Source: an uncultured Phycisphaerales bacterium
GTDB taxonomy: Bacteria > Planctomycetota > Phycisphaerae > Tepidisphaerales > Tepidisphaeraceae
Direction: 5' to 3'
Length of the DNA stretch: 64,000 nt
Assembly (NCBI GenBank): GCA_963755915.1
Contig: CAVWLP010000002.1
Span: forward strand, 960,001 to 1,024,000
Within the stretch, counting starts at the first letter, position 1. Each line of letters opens with the position of its first letter. Position numbers and translations under genes: made by a program. The notes under the pieces were generated by a model, which had not been told where the DNA came from, made no database searches, and saw only the letters and a program-made list of their open reading frames with translations. Below are positions 20,969-33,139 of the stretch, one piece after another.

Positions 20969-21460
20969 ATGTCCTTCCCGCCGGCTGACTTTGATCCCCT
21001 CACGAAATGGTCGGCGATCATTGTGGCGCTTCTGACCATCCTCTACGCAACCCTCCGGCCGCTCTTCCGCAAAAAGGATCCCCTCGAAAAGCCCCACGCA
21101 TTCGGCAGCCTCGCCCAGCAGAGAGCCATCGAGCGCCAGATGCAGAACGCCCTCGTGGAAATGGCCGAGATGGCCCGGCAGATCTCCGCGCAAATCGACA
21201 CTCGTGCCGCCAAGCTCGAAGAGCTCATCCGCCAGGCCGACCAGCGGATCGCCGCCATGAAATCCCAGCCGCCTGAGCGCACCAGCGCGCCGCCGGCCCT
21301 TGCTCCCGAGCTCTCCTCACCCCCCGAACCCGCAGTCGCCGACCCGCGCCACGCCCAGATCTACGCCCTTGCCGACCAGGGCCATTCCTCCCGGGACATC
21401 GCCCAGCAGCTCAATCGTCCTAGCGGCGAAATCGAACTCATTCTGGCGCTGCGCCGATAG
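20969..21460 (+). CDS. Membrane-anchored coiled-coil protein with C-terminal HTH-like motif
   Basis: N-terminal TM helix, coiled coil, IYALADQGHSSRDIAQQLNRPSGEIELIL. Confidence 0.7.
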   Translation: MSFPPADFDPLTKWSAIIVALLTILYATLRPLFRKKDPLEKPHAFGSLAQQRAIERQMQNALVEMAEMARQISAQIDTRAAKLEELIRQADQRIAAMKSQPPERTSAPPALAPELSSPPEPAVADPRHAQIYALADQGHSSRDIAQQLNRPSGEIELILALRR

Positions 21461-21466
21461 CAGCTC

Positions 21467-23038
21467 ATGGACGTCCTGATCAAAATTCTCGCCACGCTCG
21501 CTCTGGTGGCTCTGAACGCATTTTTCGTCGCCGCCGAATACGCCTCGATCGGCGCCCGCACCACCCGGCTGCGGATCAACTCCAAAAATTCCATGGCCGA
21601 TCGCGCCGCCCTGCTCATCAAATCGCGCCTCGACCTATTCCTTTCCAGTTGTCAGCTTGGCACCAGCCTCGCCGCCCTGGGTCTGGGGGCAATCACCGCC
21701 CCCGCCGTCGCGACCCTCCTCTCCCCCATCGCCGCGGGAATGCATCTGTCGCTTTCCGCGCAGCACGCGGTCGCCTTTCTCATGAGCTTTGCCATAGCCC
21801 TTTCGCTTCAACTGGTCATCGGCGAGCAAACCCCAAAATACATCGCGCTCGAACATGCCGAGGGGCTCTTGATGATCCTGGGCATTCCCCTGGTCATCTT
21901 CACCTATTTCTTTTATCCCGCGACCTGGCTCCTCAATTCCGCCACCCAGCTTGTGCTCCGCGCCCTGGGTGCCAGCGAACGCAAAACGCCCCTGGGCGCA
22001 AAATTTGTCCCCCATACCGAAGAAGAGTTGCATACCCTCCTCATGCAGGCCGCCGCCCAGGGCACCATCCCCGCCGGCAACGCCCGCCTCCTCTCCAACG
22101 CCTTCGAATTCGGCCGACTCAAGGTCCGCCAGATCATGACCCCGCGCCCGGAGGTCGATTCCCTCCTCATCAATCAGCCCATCGGCGACATCCTCCGCAT
22201 CGTCCAAAAGAGCGCTTTCACCCGCCTGCCTCTTTGCGACTCAGACCTCGACCACGTCATCGGGCAGATTCACATGAAGGACTTGTTCAACCATCTGAAC
22301 CTCGTCCCCGGCAAGCTCAAGTTCATCGATGAAACAACCCTCGCCGGAGAGGCCGTCGCCATTCCAACCGGCTTGCCCGGCTCCGCCGTCCACGTCATCG
22401 GGTCCGGCCAGATCGATCTGCGCAAAATCAAACGCGATGTCCTCTTCGTTCCCGAATTGATGCCCGTCAGCCGCCTCCTCCGCCAGTTTCAGACCTCGCA
22501 CCTCCACCTGGCCATCGTCGTCGACGAGTACGGCCTCACCCAGGGGGTCGTCACCATGGAAGACGTCCTCGAAGAGATCGTCGGACAGATCGAGGACGAA
22601 TTCGACCCCGTCTCCGCCACCGACCTCGTCCGCGACGGCGAAACCGTCCGCATCAATGGCCTTTTTCCCCTCCACGACCTCCACGAACGCCTCCCCATCG
22701 GCGACCTCCAGACCGAAGGAGTCGACACCGTCGGTGGTTTTATCGTCAAGCAGCTCAACCGCTGGCCCCGCGTCGGCGACGAGGTCGACATCGGCAAATA
22801 CCGCGCGAAAGTCCTCACCCTTCAGCAACGCCGCGTCGGACAGGTTTTGCTCAGCCCGGCGCAATCCCAACGACGGCCACCCCCCAATATCCAAAAATTA
22901 AGCTTCAATCCCGGAACGCCCACGGACTTCGGTGAGCTCAGTCGAACCGCGCCGCCGTGGGGGATTTGCAGTTCGCTCTCAAATCTCAAATCTCAAATCT
23001 CAAATCAAAAATTGACCCCCCCCACGACCGTAAATTAA
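21467..23038 (+). CDS. Hemolysin/CNNM family protein (DUF21-CBS-CorC); true stop may lie near 22900
   Basis: NAFFVAAEYA, QLG, GEQTPK, IMTPR, FTRLP, VVDEYG..TMEDVLEEIVGQIEDEFD, DTVGG. Confidence 0.9.
   Translation: MDVLIKILATLALVALNAFFVAAEYASIGARTTRLRINSKNSMADRAALLIKSRLDLFLSSCQLGTSLAALGLGAITAPAVATLLSPIAAGMHLSLSAQHAVAFLMSFAIALSLQLVIGEQTPKYIALEHAEGLLMILGIPLVIFTYFFYPATWLLNSATQLVLRALGASERKTPLGAKFVPHTEEELHTLLMQAAAQGTIPAGNARLLSNAFEFGRLKVRQIMTPRPEVDSLLINQPIGDILRIVQKSAFTRLPLCDSDLDHVIGQIHMKDLFNHLNLVPGKLKFIDETTLAGEAVAIPTGLPGSAVHVIGSGQIDLRKIKRDVLFVPELMPVSRLLRQFQTSHLHLAIVVDEYGLTQGVVTMEDVLEEIVGQIEDEFDPVSATDLVRDGETVRINGLFPLHDLHERLPIGDLQTEGVDTVGGFIVKQLNRWPRVGDEVDIGKYRAKVLTLQQRRVGQVLLSPAQSQRRPPPNIQKLSFNPGTPTDFGELSRTAPPWGICSSLSNLKSQISNQKLTPPTTVN
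22918..23010. repeat. Nested palindrome followed by an AAATCTC heptamer tandem
   Basis: CCCACGG..CCGTGGG encloses TTCG-GTGAGCTCAG-TCGAA; (AAATCTC)x3 from 22981. Confidence 0.6.
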
Positions 23039-23227
23039 CACAATGCAAATCTGCGCCATTCACCCTTCGCACCACCGCACAAAACCTTTACAATCACCCC
23101 TGGCAAGGACCGATAACTGCGCGGTTGATTTATTGGAAGCTTTTTAGGAAGTTCAGCGTAGATCACATGGTAGGATGGCACGATAGATAAGTTGTAGTGA
23201 TTCGGCGGTTGTACAGGATTTCGGCCG

Positions 23228-26200
23228 ATGGGCTCCAGTCCCCCTTCAAAATCAGTTGATCCGGAGCTGGTCCCGCAGGGTGAATACGCGGGCAAGCCGG
23301 GGATGAAGCTGCGCAAGCCCGTCGTCGTCGTCGGCACCGCCGAGCACTGCCACCTCCACCTCGTCTCCTCCAGCGTCAGCCGACATCACGCGCTCATTAT
23401 CAAGGACCAGGACGGCGTTTACATTCGCGACCTCGGCAGCCGCACCAAGGTTGTCGTCAACGGCCAACCCCAGCGCGAGTCGATGCTCGCCGACGGCGAC
23501 GTCATCCAGATCGGCCGTTTCTCCTTCAAATTCTCCTACCAGCAGAACGGAAGCACCGTCGCCAAATCCGTTCCCGCCCGGGTCGCGGTCGACGGCGAGC
23601 CTCCCCTGCCGCTCGAAAGCCGCACGATGCTGATCGGGCGCGGCGAAGACTGCGAAATTGCCCTCAAAGACCAGGCGGTCTCCTCCCGCCACGCGGTGAT
23701 CTTCACCGTCCAGGGCAAACGATTCCTGCGCGATCTCGATTCGCGCACCGGCACCTTCGTCGCCGGCAAAGAGATCCACCAGCAGGAGATCAAACCGGGC
23801 GACGAATTTCAGGTTGGCACCGCGAAAATCAAGCTAACGGAAGCCGCCCGTGCCAAGGCCGCCGAAGCTGCGACGGCCCGGGCTGCCGAACCCGCGGCGC
23901 CAAAGGTCGCAGAAGCGCCGCCAACGAGGATCGAAACGACAAAAATCGAGCCGGCGAAGATCCAATCGCCCAAGGTTGCGCCTCCCCCCGCCGTGGTAGA
24001 GGAGCCGATTCCGATCGAACCAGTCGCGGAAGCCGAGCCGCTGGTTCCTTCCATCGACCCGCTGGCCGAATTGCTCGGGCTCGATTCGGAGCCCAAATCG
24101 GAACCAGAAGAAGCCCCGCCCACCCCCGCGCCAGTGGCGGCCGAGCCGGAGCATTCAGGCGATACGCATGCCCTCGAAGCCCTCGCCGAACCGGCTGTTC
24201 CGGAAGCGACTGAGGAAGCCCCCGCAGAGGAAGAACCGATTCCGGTGGAACCGGTCGCGGAAGCCGAGCCAGAACATTCCGGCGATACACACGCCCTCGA
24301 AGCCCTCGCCGAGCCGGCTGCGCCGGAAGCCCCTACTGAAGAAGAACTGATCCCGCTGGCAGACGCTTCACAACAAGACACTACCCAAGAGATTTCTCCA
24401 AAAGTTCAAGCGCCGGTGGCCGTTGCACCCCCGCCGCCGCCCCCGGCCACGCCGCGGCTCCCCCGCGACATGTACATCCTGGAGCGCCCCGCCCAGCCCC
24501 CCATCACCCCTTCAGCCAAGCAAGACGCTCCCGCCGCGCCAGAGGCGATTCCCCAGGCTCGTGCCGGTGTCCCCACCGGCGGAATCCCAGTCGCTCAAGA
24601 GACACAGGAACCGCTGGAGATTGCGGAGATTGCATCGCCAACCCCCCTTCCGATCACGCAAGAGCCGATTGTGACCTCGGAGCCGCAAACCGCCGAAGAG
24701 CCGGCAATCCCCCTCGCCGAGGACACCGCTCCAGAGCAAGAAAAAACTGAAGACATTGCCGAGACCTTGGCCCGTTCTATCGGAACTGTTGTCGAGCAAC
24801 CCACGCCGATCGAGTTCGCCGATGAACCCGAGCCTGCCCAGGCGGCCCCCGTCGCCCAGGAGCCGACGGCCCAGATTCCAGTTGAGCCCGAACCTTCCGC
24901 CGAACAAGAAGCCCCCGCGGGAAAAGCAGAAACCCCCGAGATCGGCGTTCCAATCGAACTCGTCAGCGAAGCTCAGGCAGCCGAAGAGCGCCACGACGAC
25001 GAAATGATCGCCGAGCCGGTGACCGCCGCCGCGCCCCATCCGCCCCCGCCCGAGCCGGCGATCGAAGTACACGCCGCCGAGCATCCGGTTTATCCAACCA
25101 TCGACCTCTCCGATGCCCCGACATTCCCTTCCGCCCCGGCGGAGCTGGAAATCGCGCCGATCGCGCCGGCGGCAGAGCTGCCCGCCTCTGCCGGCTCCAT
25201 TGTCGAACCCGAAATCAAATCGCCCGCCCCCATTGAAATCCAGCGCGAACTTGAGCCGGTTTCCCTTCCGTCCGAGCCTCTGGAACTGCCCGAAATTCCA
25301 GAGATCGATTTCTCCCAGGCCGTCGATCTGCCCGAAGCCCCGACGGTGGAGGCCATCGCTGGACCGGCCGCGATTCCCATCGAACCGGTGATTTCACCGC
25401 CTCTCACCGAAATTTCCCAAAATATTGAATCGCCCCAGTTGCCTGAACCTCTTGAACCGATGGAAGAAGCGCCGGTCGCCGAAGAAATCCCGACTGACAC
25501 CGCGCCCCAGCCTCTACCTGATTTTCCCGAACCAATTGAGCCAGTCGCGCCTGTTGAGCCGCAGGCCGACCTGCCGGAATTCAGCCTCGCCGCCCCCGAG
25601 CCTATCGCAACATTTGAACCGCAGGCGGAAGCGCCACAAGAAGAGTCGCTGTCCGAAGAGCCAATCCCCCTCGAAGCCCCGATTGCCCTCGCGCTGCAGG
25701 ACGAACCGTCTGACGCGATCGCCCACCCGGAAATCGATCTCTCACCGCCGCCGGAATCTTCAGCGGTTGCCGAAGCCCCAATTCAAAGCGAGGATTTCGC
25801 TCCCGCCGAGTCCTCGCCGCTCGCCGACGTCGTCTCCTTCGATTTTTCAACGGAATCAGACTCGGCCGAGCTTCAATTCGACGCCGGCCCCAGGGTCCAG
25901 ACAATTGAATCTCCTGACGCATCGCTCGCCCCTCCGGAATCGTCCGAAACGCCCACCGAGCTGCAAATCGACTTTTCCCCCAACGAGGAGCAGTCTCTCG
26001 ACGAGGCGCGGTCCCCCGAACCCGCCGTGATGCCCGAGCTGATTGCCGACGAGTCGGCCTCCCCGGCGATCCCCACCATTGACTTCTCCGCCGTCTCCGA
26101 AACGCCCATTGAATCCGACGCCAGCGCACCCCTCAGTTTCGAAACCTCCGTGCCCCCCGAAGACCAGGCCGGACGCGAAGAGATCGTCCTCGAAGGCGGC

Positions 26201-29200
26201 ACGCCTCCAGAGCCCGAGCAAGCCCCGGAGTTCTCAACCGATGAGATCAAGAGCGAATCCCCCGAATTTACCACGGCCGTCGAAACCCTTACCCCCGAAG
26301 CTCCTCTCCCCGAAGCCGAAACCGAAGCCCCGAAAAAGCGGGGCCGCGGCCGCCCCCGCAAGACCGAGACGACCCCGCGCACAAAAGTGAAACGCACCGC
26401 GCCCAGGAAAGGGGAAGCCGCCGACGAAACCCCCATCGAAATCCCCCCCTCCGAAATCTCCGTCGCCGAAACCCTGTCGCCCCTGGCCCAGCCGCAGCCC
26501 GCTCTCCCCGAATCCGGCATGGCGCCACCCGTCGATATCGAGCCGACGATTTCCGTTTCCCAACCCCCCGATTCCCCCAGCGAACCGCAGCCCGAGCAGC
26601 TCGCCGCCGAGGCTTCCGCCGCCGCCAGCGAAGCTCCCGAAGAATCCGCCCAGCCGACGGTGTCGATCCCATCCGAATTACAGGCCCCTCAGCCCGAAGC
26701 TCCACAGCCCGAAGCTCCACAGCCCCAAGCTCCACAGCCCCAAGCGCTCCCCGCGACGGAGTTGACAGACGTTACCGCCTCCTCCGCCGATTTCGCCGAA
26801 ACGAGTGTCGAAGAAACGCTCACAGTCTCAGCCGAACCCGAACCGCTTGCACCCTCGGAGCCCGCTTCCGAACCGGTAGGTTCCATGACCGGCGCCACCG
26901 CCTCCTCCGCCGACGCCGTCGAGACCTATGCCGAGCAGAACACCCCCGTAATCGGCGAGTCAGATTCCCTCGCCCCGCCGGAAGCAGCACCGGAGCCGGT
27001 AAGTTCCATGTCTGGCGCCACCGCATCTTCCGCCGACGCCGTCGAGACCAATATCGAGCAGAACGTCACCGTCATCGGCGAGCCGGAGTCGCTCGCCCCG
27101 CCCGAATCAACTCCCCATCCCGTGGGTTCCGTGACTGGCGCAACAGCCTCCTCCTCAGATTTCGTTGAGACCAGCGCCGAGCCCGAACTGGCAATGCCAG
27201 AAGAAACCGTGTCACAAAGCGCTGACGAAATCAGCCTGACAACAACCCCCGAGGCAATCGAGCCCGCCATCGACCTGCCGACCGTCACGTCCTCCGCCCC
27301 CCCGGAGATCCCCCCAGAGATCCCCCCAGAGATTCCGTCGCAGATTCCCCCGAAGGCAGCACCCGCGCCAGAGGCCGGCGACACAATCGAAATCCCCAAC
27401 TCCCTGATCGTCCCCGAATCCGAAATCGGTTTCACCTCCACCGATTTGTCTCACGAGCCTTACCCGGCAATTCCCCCTCCCCCGCGCCTCTTCGCGCCGA
27501 GCACCGGCCAACCCATCCCCGGTTTCGGCGGCCTGAGTTTCATCGGCGGCGGAACCGTAAACCTCGACCATTTCCTCGGTGGCATGCCCATCAACGCCCC
27601 CCCGGGTTCCGACGCCCCAGCCGGCGCCGTCGTCATCACCGGCGGCATGCCCATCCAATTGCCGAAAATCCCCCCGCCCCCAGCCCACTTCGGCAAGGTG
27701 GCGCACTGGTTCGGCGAGGTCACCCATCCCTGGGATAAAACCCCCGCGACATCGCCAATCATACCCGAGCCCGAGGCCCCGCTGATCGAAGCCCCGCCCC
27801 CCTCACCCCCCCCGGTCTTCCTGGAAACCCCGCCCCCCGCGACACCTGTCGAACCGATCACGGAACTGCCCGAGCTCGAGCCGCTTGCCAAAATCGTCCC
27901 GCCCCCGCTCGAAATCGCGCCGCCGCTCGAAATCGCGCCGCCGCCAATACCCGTCGCGGAGCCTTTAGCTCCCCCGCCCGAAGCGCCAGCGCCGCCCAAA
28001 ACAACGGCCGCCCCCGCTGCCGCGCCCCCGCCGCGGAAACCGCTCTTCTCCAGCGAATCCAAACAATCACGGCCAGCCACTTCAACGCCCCGCGCCCGCC
28101 GCGAACCCCCCGCCCCTTCAACCGCATTCGATGGCCTGGCCATGCCCGCGCCCGTCGGCGACGTCTTCTCCCAATTCGATTCCGCCTACGTCCCCATCAA
28201 CGACGCCGCCTTCGGCGGGGCTCCCATGACCGGGGTGAACGACATCCATATCCCCGACAGCCCCGAATTCGCCAAACGCCGCGCCGAAACCGAGGATCTG
28301 GAAAAGGATTTCTCCCTCGACGATTTCTGGAACCAGACCGACGAAGACGAAAAACCCGCCGCCCCCCCACCGCCATCGTTCAAGCCCCCCGCGCCTCCCC
28401 GCGCGTCGCCAAGGCGGGGACAAGGGTAATGCCCAAAGCTCCCGCTCCCAAAATTATCCCCCGTCCCCCCGCGGAAGTTAAACCCCCGCCCCAAGAGCCG
28501 CCTCCCATCGAGGCAAAAACCCCCGAGCCGATCATCCCGCCGCCTCTACCACAGGAGCCGCCGCCGATTGCTGAAATTCCACCGCCCCCGGTAGAAGAAA
28601 TTCCCCCAGCTCCCCCAGAGCCAATCGCACAAGAGCCTATCGCATCGCCGCCCGTCGCGGAGGATCCGATCCCCGAGGAGCCCGTAATCTCCCAACCCCC
28701 AGCCCTCGCCGAAGAGCAGCAGATTTCCGCCACGATCCCCCCGATCGAAGAAACCGCCGCCCCTCCCCCGCAAGATCCGAGCGCGCAGAATGCGATCGCG
28801 CTGGATCCGATCGCACTGGAAGAACCCCCCACTGCCCCCGTCCCCATCGAAGGTACGTCCGAACACCCCGGCCTTCCCACGCTCGAAGACCTCCTCTCCG
28901 AGCCCCCCCGGCAACCGAACCCCCCGCCGACGAGCCGGCCCTAAAGCTGGAAGACGAGCCCCCCGCTCCCCCCCTCGCTCCACCGCCCCCCGCAATCGAA
29001 AACATCACCGAAGTTCCGCCACCCGCTCCTCCAGCGGAAGAGCCTTCCCTCCCCGCGCTCGACGAAACATTGATCACCGCCGATGCCTCCGCCGAAACTT
29101 TCGCCGACGTCCCCGCCCTCTCGGACGATCAGGAGCCCGCACCGGCAGACATCCCCCCGCTCGAATCGACCATCGCCAACGACCAGATTCCCGCAGGAAA

Positions 29201-31505
29201 TAACCCCGCGCAAGCCGATATTGGCAACGAGGATACGCGAATTGACGATTCCCCGCAGCGGCCCGAAACACCGCTCTCCTCGCTGGATGATACGCAAATG
29301 CGCAGCGCTGAAATCGAGCAGTTAATCGGGCCCCACGAGGACCCTACCGTAGACGACCCCGTCCACGCTCTGCCGCCCGAGCAAATCCACCACGACCCTC
29401 CCTCCGCCGCAACCGCCGTCGCCACAGCTCCGCCAAAACGCCGCCGCTCCCTGGTCCCCGCGCTTATGGCCCTGATCCTCCTCGGCATCGCCGGCGCACT
29501 CGTCGCCATCCACTTTTACGTCCCCGTCCAGGAACAGGTCACCGGCCGTCTCACCTTCGACAACTTTAACTTCATCCCCGGCACCCAGGACGCCATCCAA
29601 TTCGAATCCGCTCAGCGCCGCCTCCTCGCCGCTCCCGACACCCGCCGCCGCGCCGTCGACGCCCTCACCCGAACCAGCCCCAGCGTCCAGGCCGGATTCC
29701 TCGCCAGCGAAGACCCCTTCGACCGCGTCATCTCCACCGTCTCCCTCACCTCCCTCGGCCACACCCCCGTCCAGACCGCCCTGGACATCTCCCGCACCGG
29801 CGCCGACAAGGACGGCGACCGCGCCCGCATGCTCGCCCTCCTTCAAGCCCTCTACGACGTCAACGCCCCCGCCCTCGACGCCAACCGGCGCGCGCTCGAC
29901 GCCCTCGACCAGGCCCAGCGCCAGGTCAACGAAGACCAGCAGAAGCTCGACGACACCAAGAACGAGATGGCCGCTCTTCAATCCGTCATCGATGCCCAGC
30001 CCCCCGTCGAGCAGTTCAATCAGCTTCTCTCCAAGAAAAACCAGCTCGAGCGCGACCGCCTCGACGCCGAAAACGCCGTCAACCGTGACCGCTCCGATCT
30101 CGCCCAGCTCCAGGCTCCCCCCGCAAGCACCTCCACCCAGCCCGACCTCGCCTCCGACGCCCAGCTCGCCCAGATGCGCCAGCAGATCAAAGACCTCACC
30201 GCCGAGCTCGACGCCGCCCGATCCGACCAGATGTCCGGCGCCGTCCTTGCACGACAGCAGCTCCAGCGCGCCGAAAGCCAGTTCAACGACCAGATCGCGA
30301 GCGCCAATGAAGTCCTCGACGGCGGCTCCAAGCTCCGCCAGTTCGTTGACTCCGCCATGGACTCTCAGGCCAAGGCCCGCGAACTGATCGACATGGTCAT
30401 CATCGACGGCCAGGACCTCGAAAAGCAGCTCGAAGACACCCAGCGCGACGTCGAAGACCTCATCGAATCCCGCCAGGCCGAAAAATGGGCCGCCGACCCT
30501 CAGCTCCAGGAAATCCGCGAAAGCCTCGAAAGCGCCCAGCACCGCTATAACGCCAACGTCGGCCAGGGCGTCACCGACCCCCGCATCCTCGACCCCCTCC
30601 AGAAAGAAATCGATTCCGACACCGCCCAGATGCACCAGCGCCAGCAAGACCTCGGCGTCGACCCCAACGAAATCAAAGTCCAGGAAGGCCTCAGCAATCT
30701 CGTCCAATCCCTCCGCACCAAGCTCCAGAAGGAAAAAGAGCAAACCGACAGCGTCCTCGACCCGCTCGAAAAACAACTCGCCGACCTCGACCCCGTCGTC
30801 ACCGCCATGCCCGCCGCCGAGCAGGACCTCGCCAGGCAAATCAAGCAGCGCCTCGCCGACCTCAACGACGCCCGCAAAAAATACGCCCAGAGCGTCGGCG
30901 AAGACCAGCCCCCCGCCTCCGCCAAAGTCCTCGATCTCCAGAACCAGATCACCGACCTGAAATCCCGCCTCGTCGCCAGGCAGCAAGTCCTCACCCAGGC
31001 CGCCGCCGCGGCCGCCCAGGCCCGTCAAACCACCGACCTCACTTCCGCCCAGCAGCACCTGACGACTGACCAGAAAACCCTCGACGCCGCCACCCAGTCC
31101 TACGCCACGGCCCTGGCCGCCTTCCAGGAAGTCGAATCCAAGCGTGACGCCGCCGTCGCTGCTCAGCAGAAAAAGATCAACCTCATGGACGATCAGCGCG
31201 CCGCCTTCACCAGTCTCGAATCCGCCAAGCGCGACCGCGACGACAAACAAGCCGCCGCCCAGCAGGCCTTCAACCTCGAGCCCGTCTCCGACGCGAGCGT
31301 CACCGTCATCGCCCCCACCGATCCCCGCCTCATCTACTCCGCCATCGTCCTCGGCGCCGGCCTCCTGATAATGGCCATCCTCGCCCTCGTCTCCCACTTC
31401 TCCGCCCGCAAAAAACACCCCGCCCACAAACTCATCGTCCCCGACGATTTCGACACCCTGGTCATCCCCCTCGCCGGCCACGATTCCAACGACGACGCCC
31501 GCTAA
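23228..31505 (+). CDS. Giant tandem-FHA / acidic Pro-rich / TM-coiled coil-TM protein (probably one ~2,750-aa gene split by indels near 28400, 28905 and 28970)
   Basis: ORFs 23228..28429, 28429..28944 and 29070..31505 join by single-base shifts in C-rich runs with unchanged P/E/A composition. Two FHA domains at the N-terminus; TM helices at ~29450-29520 and ~31330-31400. Confidence 0.75.
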
Positions 31506-31531
31506 AATAAAACGATTCTCTCACACCGCCG

Positions 31532-31567
31532 CCGTTTAGCCGCGACCCGAAGGGAAGCGTTTTCCCC
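31532..31567 (+). repeat. REP-like direct repeat, left of the TPR gene
   Basis: 33/36 identical to 33132-33167. Confidence 0.8.
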
Positions 31568-31618
31568 GTTTTTCACACAATTTCGCTGAATACTTTCAAC
31601 CCCTGCTGACCAAGCTCC

Positions 31619-33139
31619 TTGTTCGCTATCATTACTTCCTTGACCCCCAATTCCCAAATCCACCGCCAACTCGAACTCGCGGTCACCCACCACCGCGCCG
31701 GCCGACTCTCCGAAGCCGAAGCCATCTACCGCCGCGTCCTCTCCTCCCAGCCCAAGAACACCGACGCCCTCTACCTCCTCGGCCTCATCACCCAACTCAC
31801 CGCCCGCTATGCCGAATCCGTCGACCTCTTCGATCGCGCCGTCCGCGTCAACCCAAGGTCTGCCAAATACTGGGTCAACCTCGCCCTCTCCGCCGGCGGC
31901 ATGGGCCTCGGCCGCACCAAAGACGCCATCGAAGCCCTCCGCAAAGCCGTCGCCATCGATCCCAACATTCCCGAAGCCTGGAGCAACCTTGGCAACGAAT
32001 ACCGCAACGATTCCCAATTCGAAGAAGCGAGGAAATGCTACACCAAAGCCCTCGCCCTCCGCCCAAATTTCGCCGACGCCCAGCTCAACCTCGGCGTTAC
32101 CCTCCAGGAAACCGAGCAAACCTTCGCCCCCGCCCTCGCCGCCTATGAAAAAGCCATCGCCATGCAACCCGACTTCGCCCTCGCCCACTGGAACCTCGGC
32201 TTCGCCCTCCTCCTCCTCGGCGACTACACCCGCGGCCTCGCCGAATACGAATGGCGCTGGCGCACCAATACCGTCTCCACCCCGCGAAACTTCCACCAAC
32301 CCCAATGGACCGGCGAAATCCTGCAAGGCCAGCGCATCCTCATCCACGCCGAGCAAGGCCTCGGCGACGCTATCCACATGGCCCGCTACATCCCCCAGGT
32401 CGCCCAGCGCGGCGGCAAAGTAATCCTCGAATGCCCCGGCCCCCTCGTCCGCCTCTTCCGCCAACTCCCCGGCCTCACCGAAATCGTCCACTTCGGCGAC
32501 CCCCTCCCTCCCTTCGACATCCACTGCCCTCTCATGACTCTCCCCCTCGTCTTCCACACAACGCTCCGAACCATCCCCGCCCAAATCCCCTACGTGAACG
32601 CCGACCCGCAGCTCACCGCCCACTGGCAGCAAAAAATGCCCCCCGATCCCACTCGCCCGCGCATCGGCCTCGTCTGGGCCGGCGCCCCCGCCAACAAAAA
32701 CGATCGCAACCGCTCGATGTCCCTCGACCACTTAACCCCGCTCGCCGAAATTAAATCGGCCCGCTTCTTTAGCCTGCAAAAAGGCCCCGCCGCCGCCCAA
32801 ACCGCTCGCCCCTCGAAGGGCTTGACCCTGACCGACTTCACCCAGGAAATCACCGATTTCGCCGACACCGCAGCGATAACCGCCAACCTCGACCTCGTGA
32901 TTGCCGTAGACACATCGGTAGCCCACCTCGCCGGCGCCATGGGCCGCCCGACCTGGATCATGATCCCCTTCATGCCCGACTGGCGCTGGATGCGCGATCG
33001 CTCCGATTCCCTGTGGTATCCCACCCTGAAAATCTTCCGCCAATCGCGCAACAGGACTTGGCGCGAAGTCGTAGAAAAAATCACCGAAGCCCTCAAAGCA
33101 TTTGCCGCAAGTTCGGCGACATCGTCTCCTCCCGTTTAG
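31619..33139 (+). CDS. TPR-repeat protein with C-terminal glycosyltransferase-like domain
   Basis: TPR repeats (AEAIYRRVL, AWSNLG, AHWNLG), then EYEWRW, AEQGLGDAIHMARY, IGLVWAG, LDLVIAVDTSVAHLAGAMG, DWRW..WYP. Confidence 0.88.
   Translation: MFAIITSLTPNSQIHRQLELAVTHHRAGRLSEAEAIYRRVLSSQPKNTDALYLLGLITQLTARYAESVDLFDRAVRVNPRSAKYWVNLALSAGGMGLGRTKDAIEALRKAVAIDPNIPEAWSNLGNEYRNDSQFEEARKCYTKALALRPNFADAQLNLGVTLQETEQTFAPALAAYEKAIAMQPDFALAHWNLGFALLLLGDYTRGLAEYEWRWRTNTVSTPRNFHQPQWTGEILQGQRILIHAEQGLGDAIHMARYIPQVAQRGGKVILECPGPLVRLFRQLPGLTEIVHFGDPLPPFDIHCPLMTLPLVFHTTLRTIPAQIPYVNADPQLTAHWQQKMPPDPTRPRIGLVWAGAPANKNDRNRSMSLDHLTPLAEIKSARFFSLQKGPAAAQTARPSKGLTLTDFTQEITDFADTAAITANLDLVIAVDTSVAHLAGAMGRPTWIMIPFMPDWRWMRDRSDSLWYPTLKIFRQSRNRTWREVVEKITEALKAFAASSATSSPPV

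Noticed and set aside
29322-31481. 719-aa minus-strand ORF (also 31502..32731, 5209..6645, 6476..7705 and similar)
   Set aside because: Antisense shadows of real genes, caused by strong third-position bias; no recognisable motifs.
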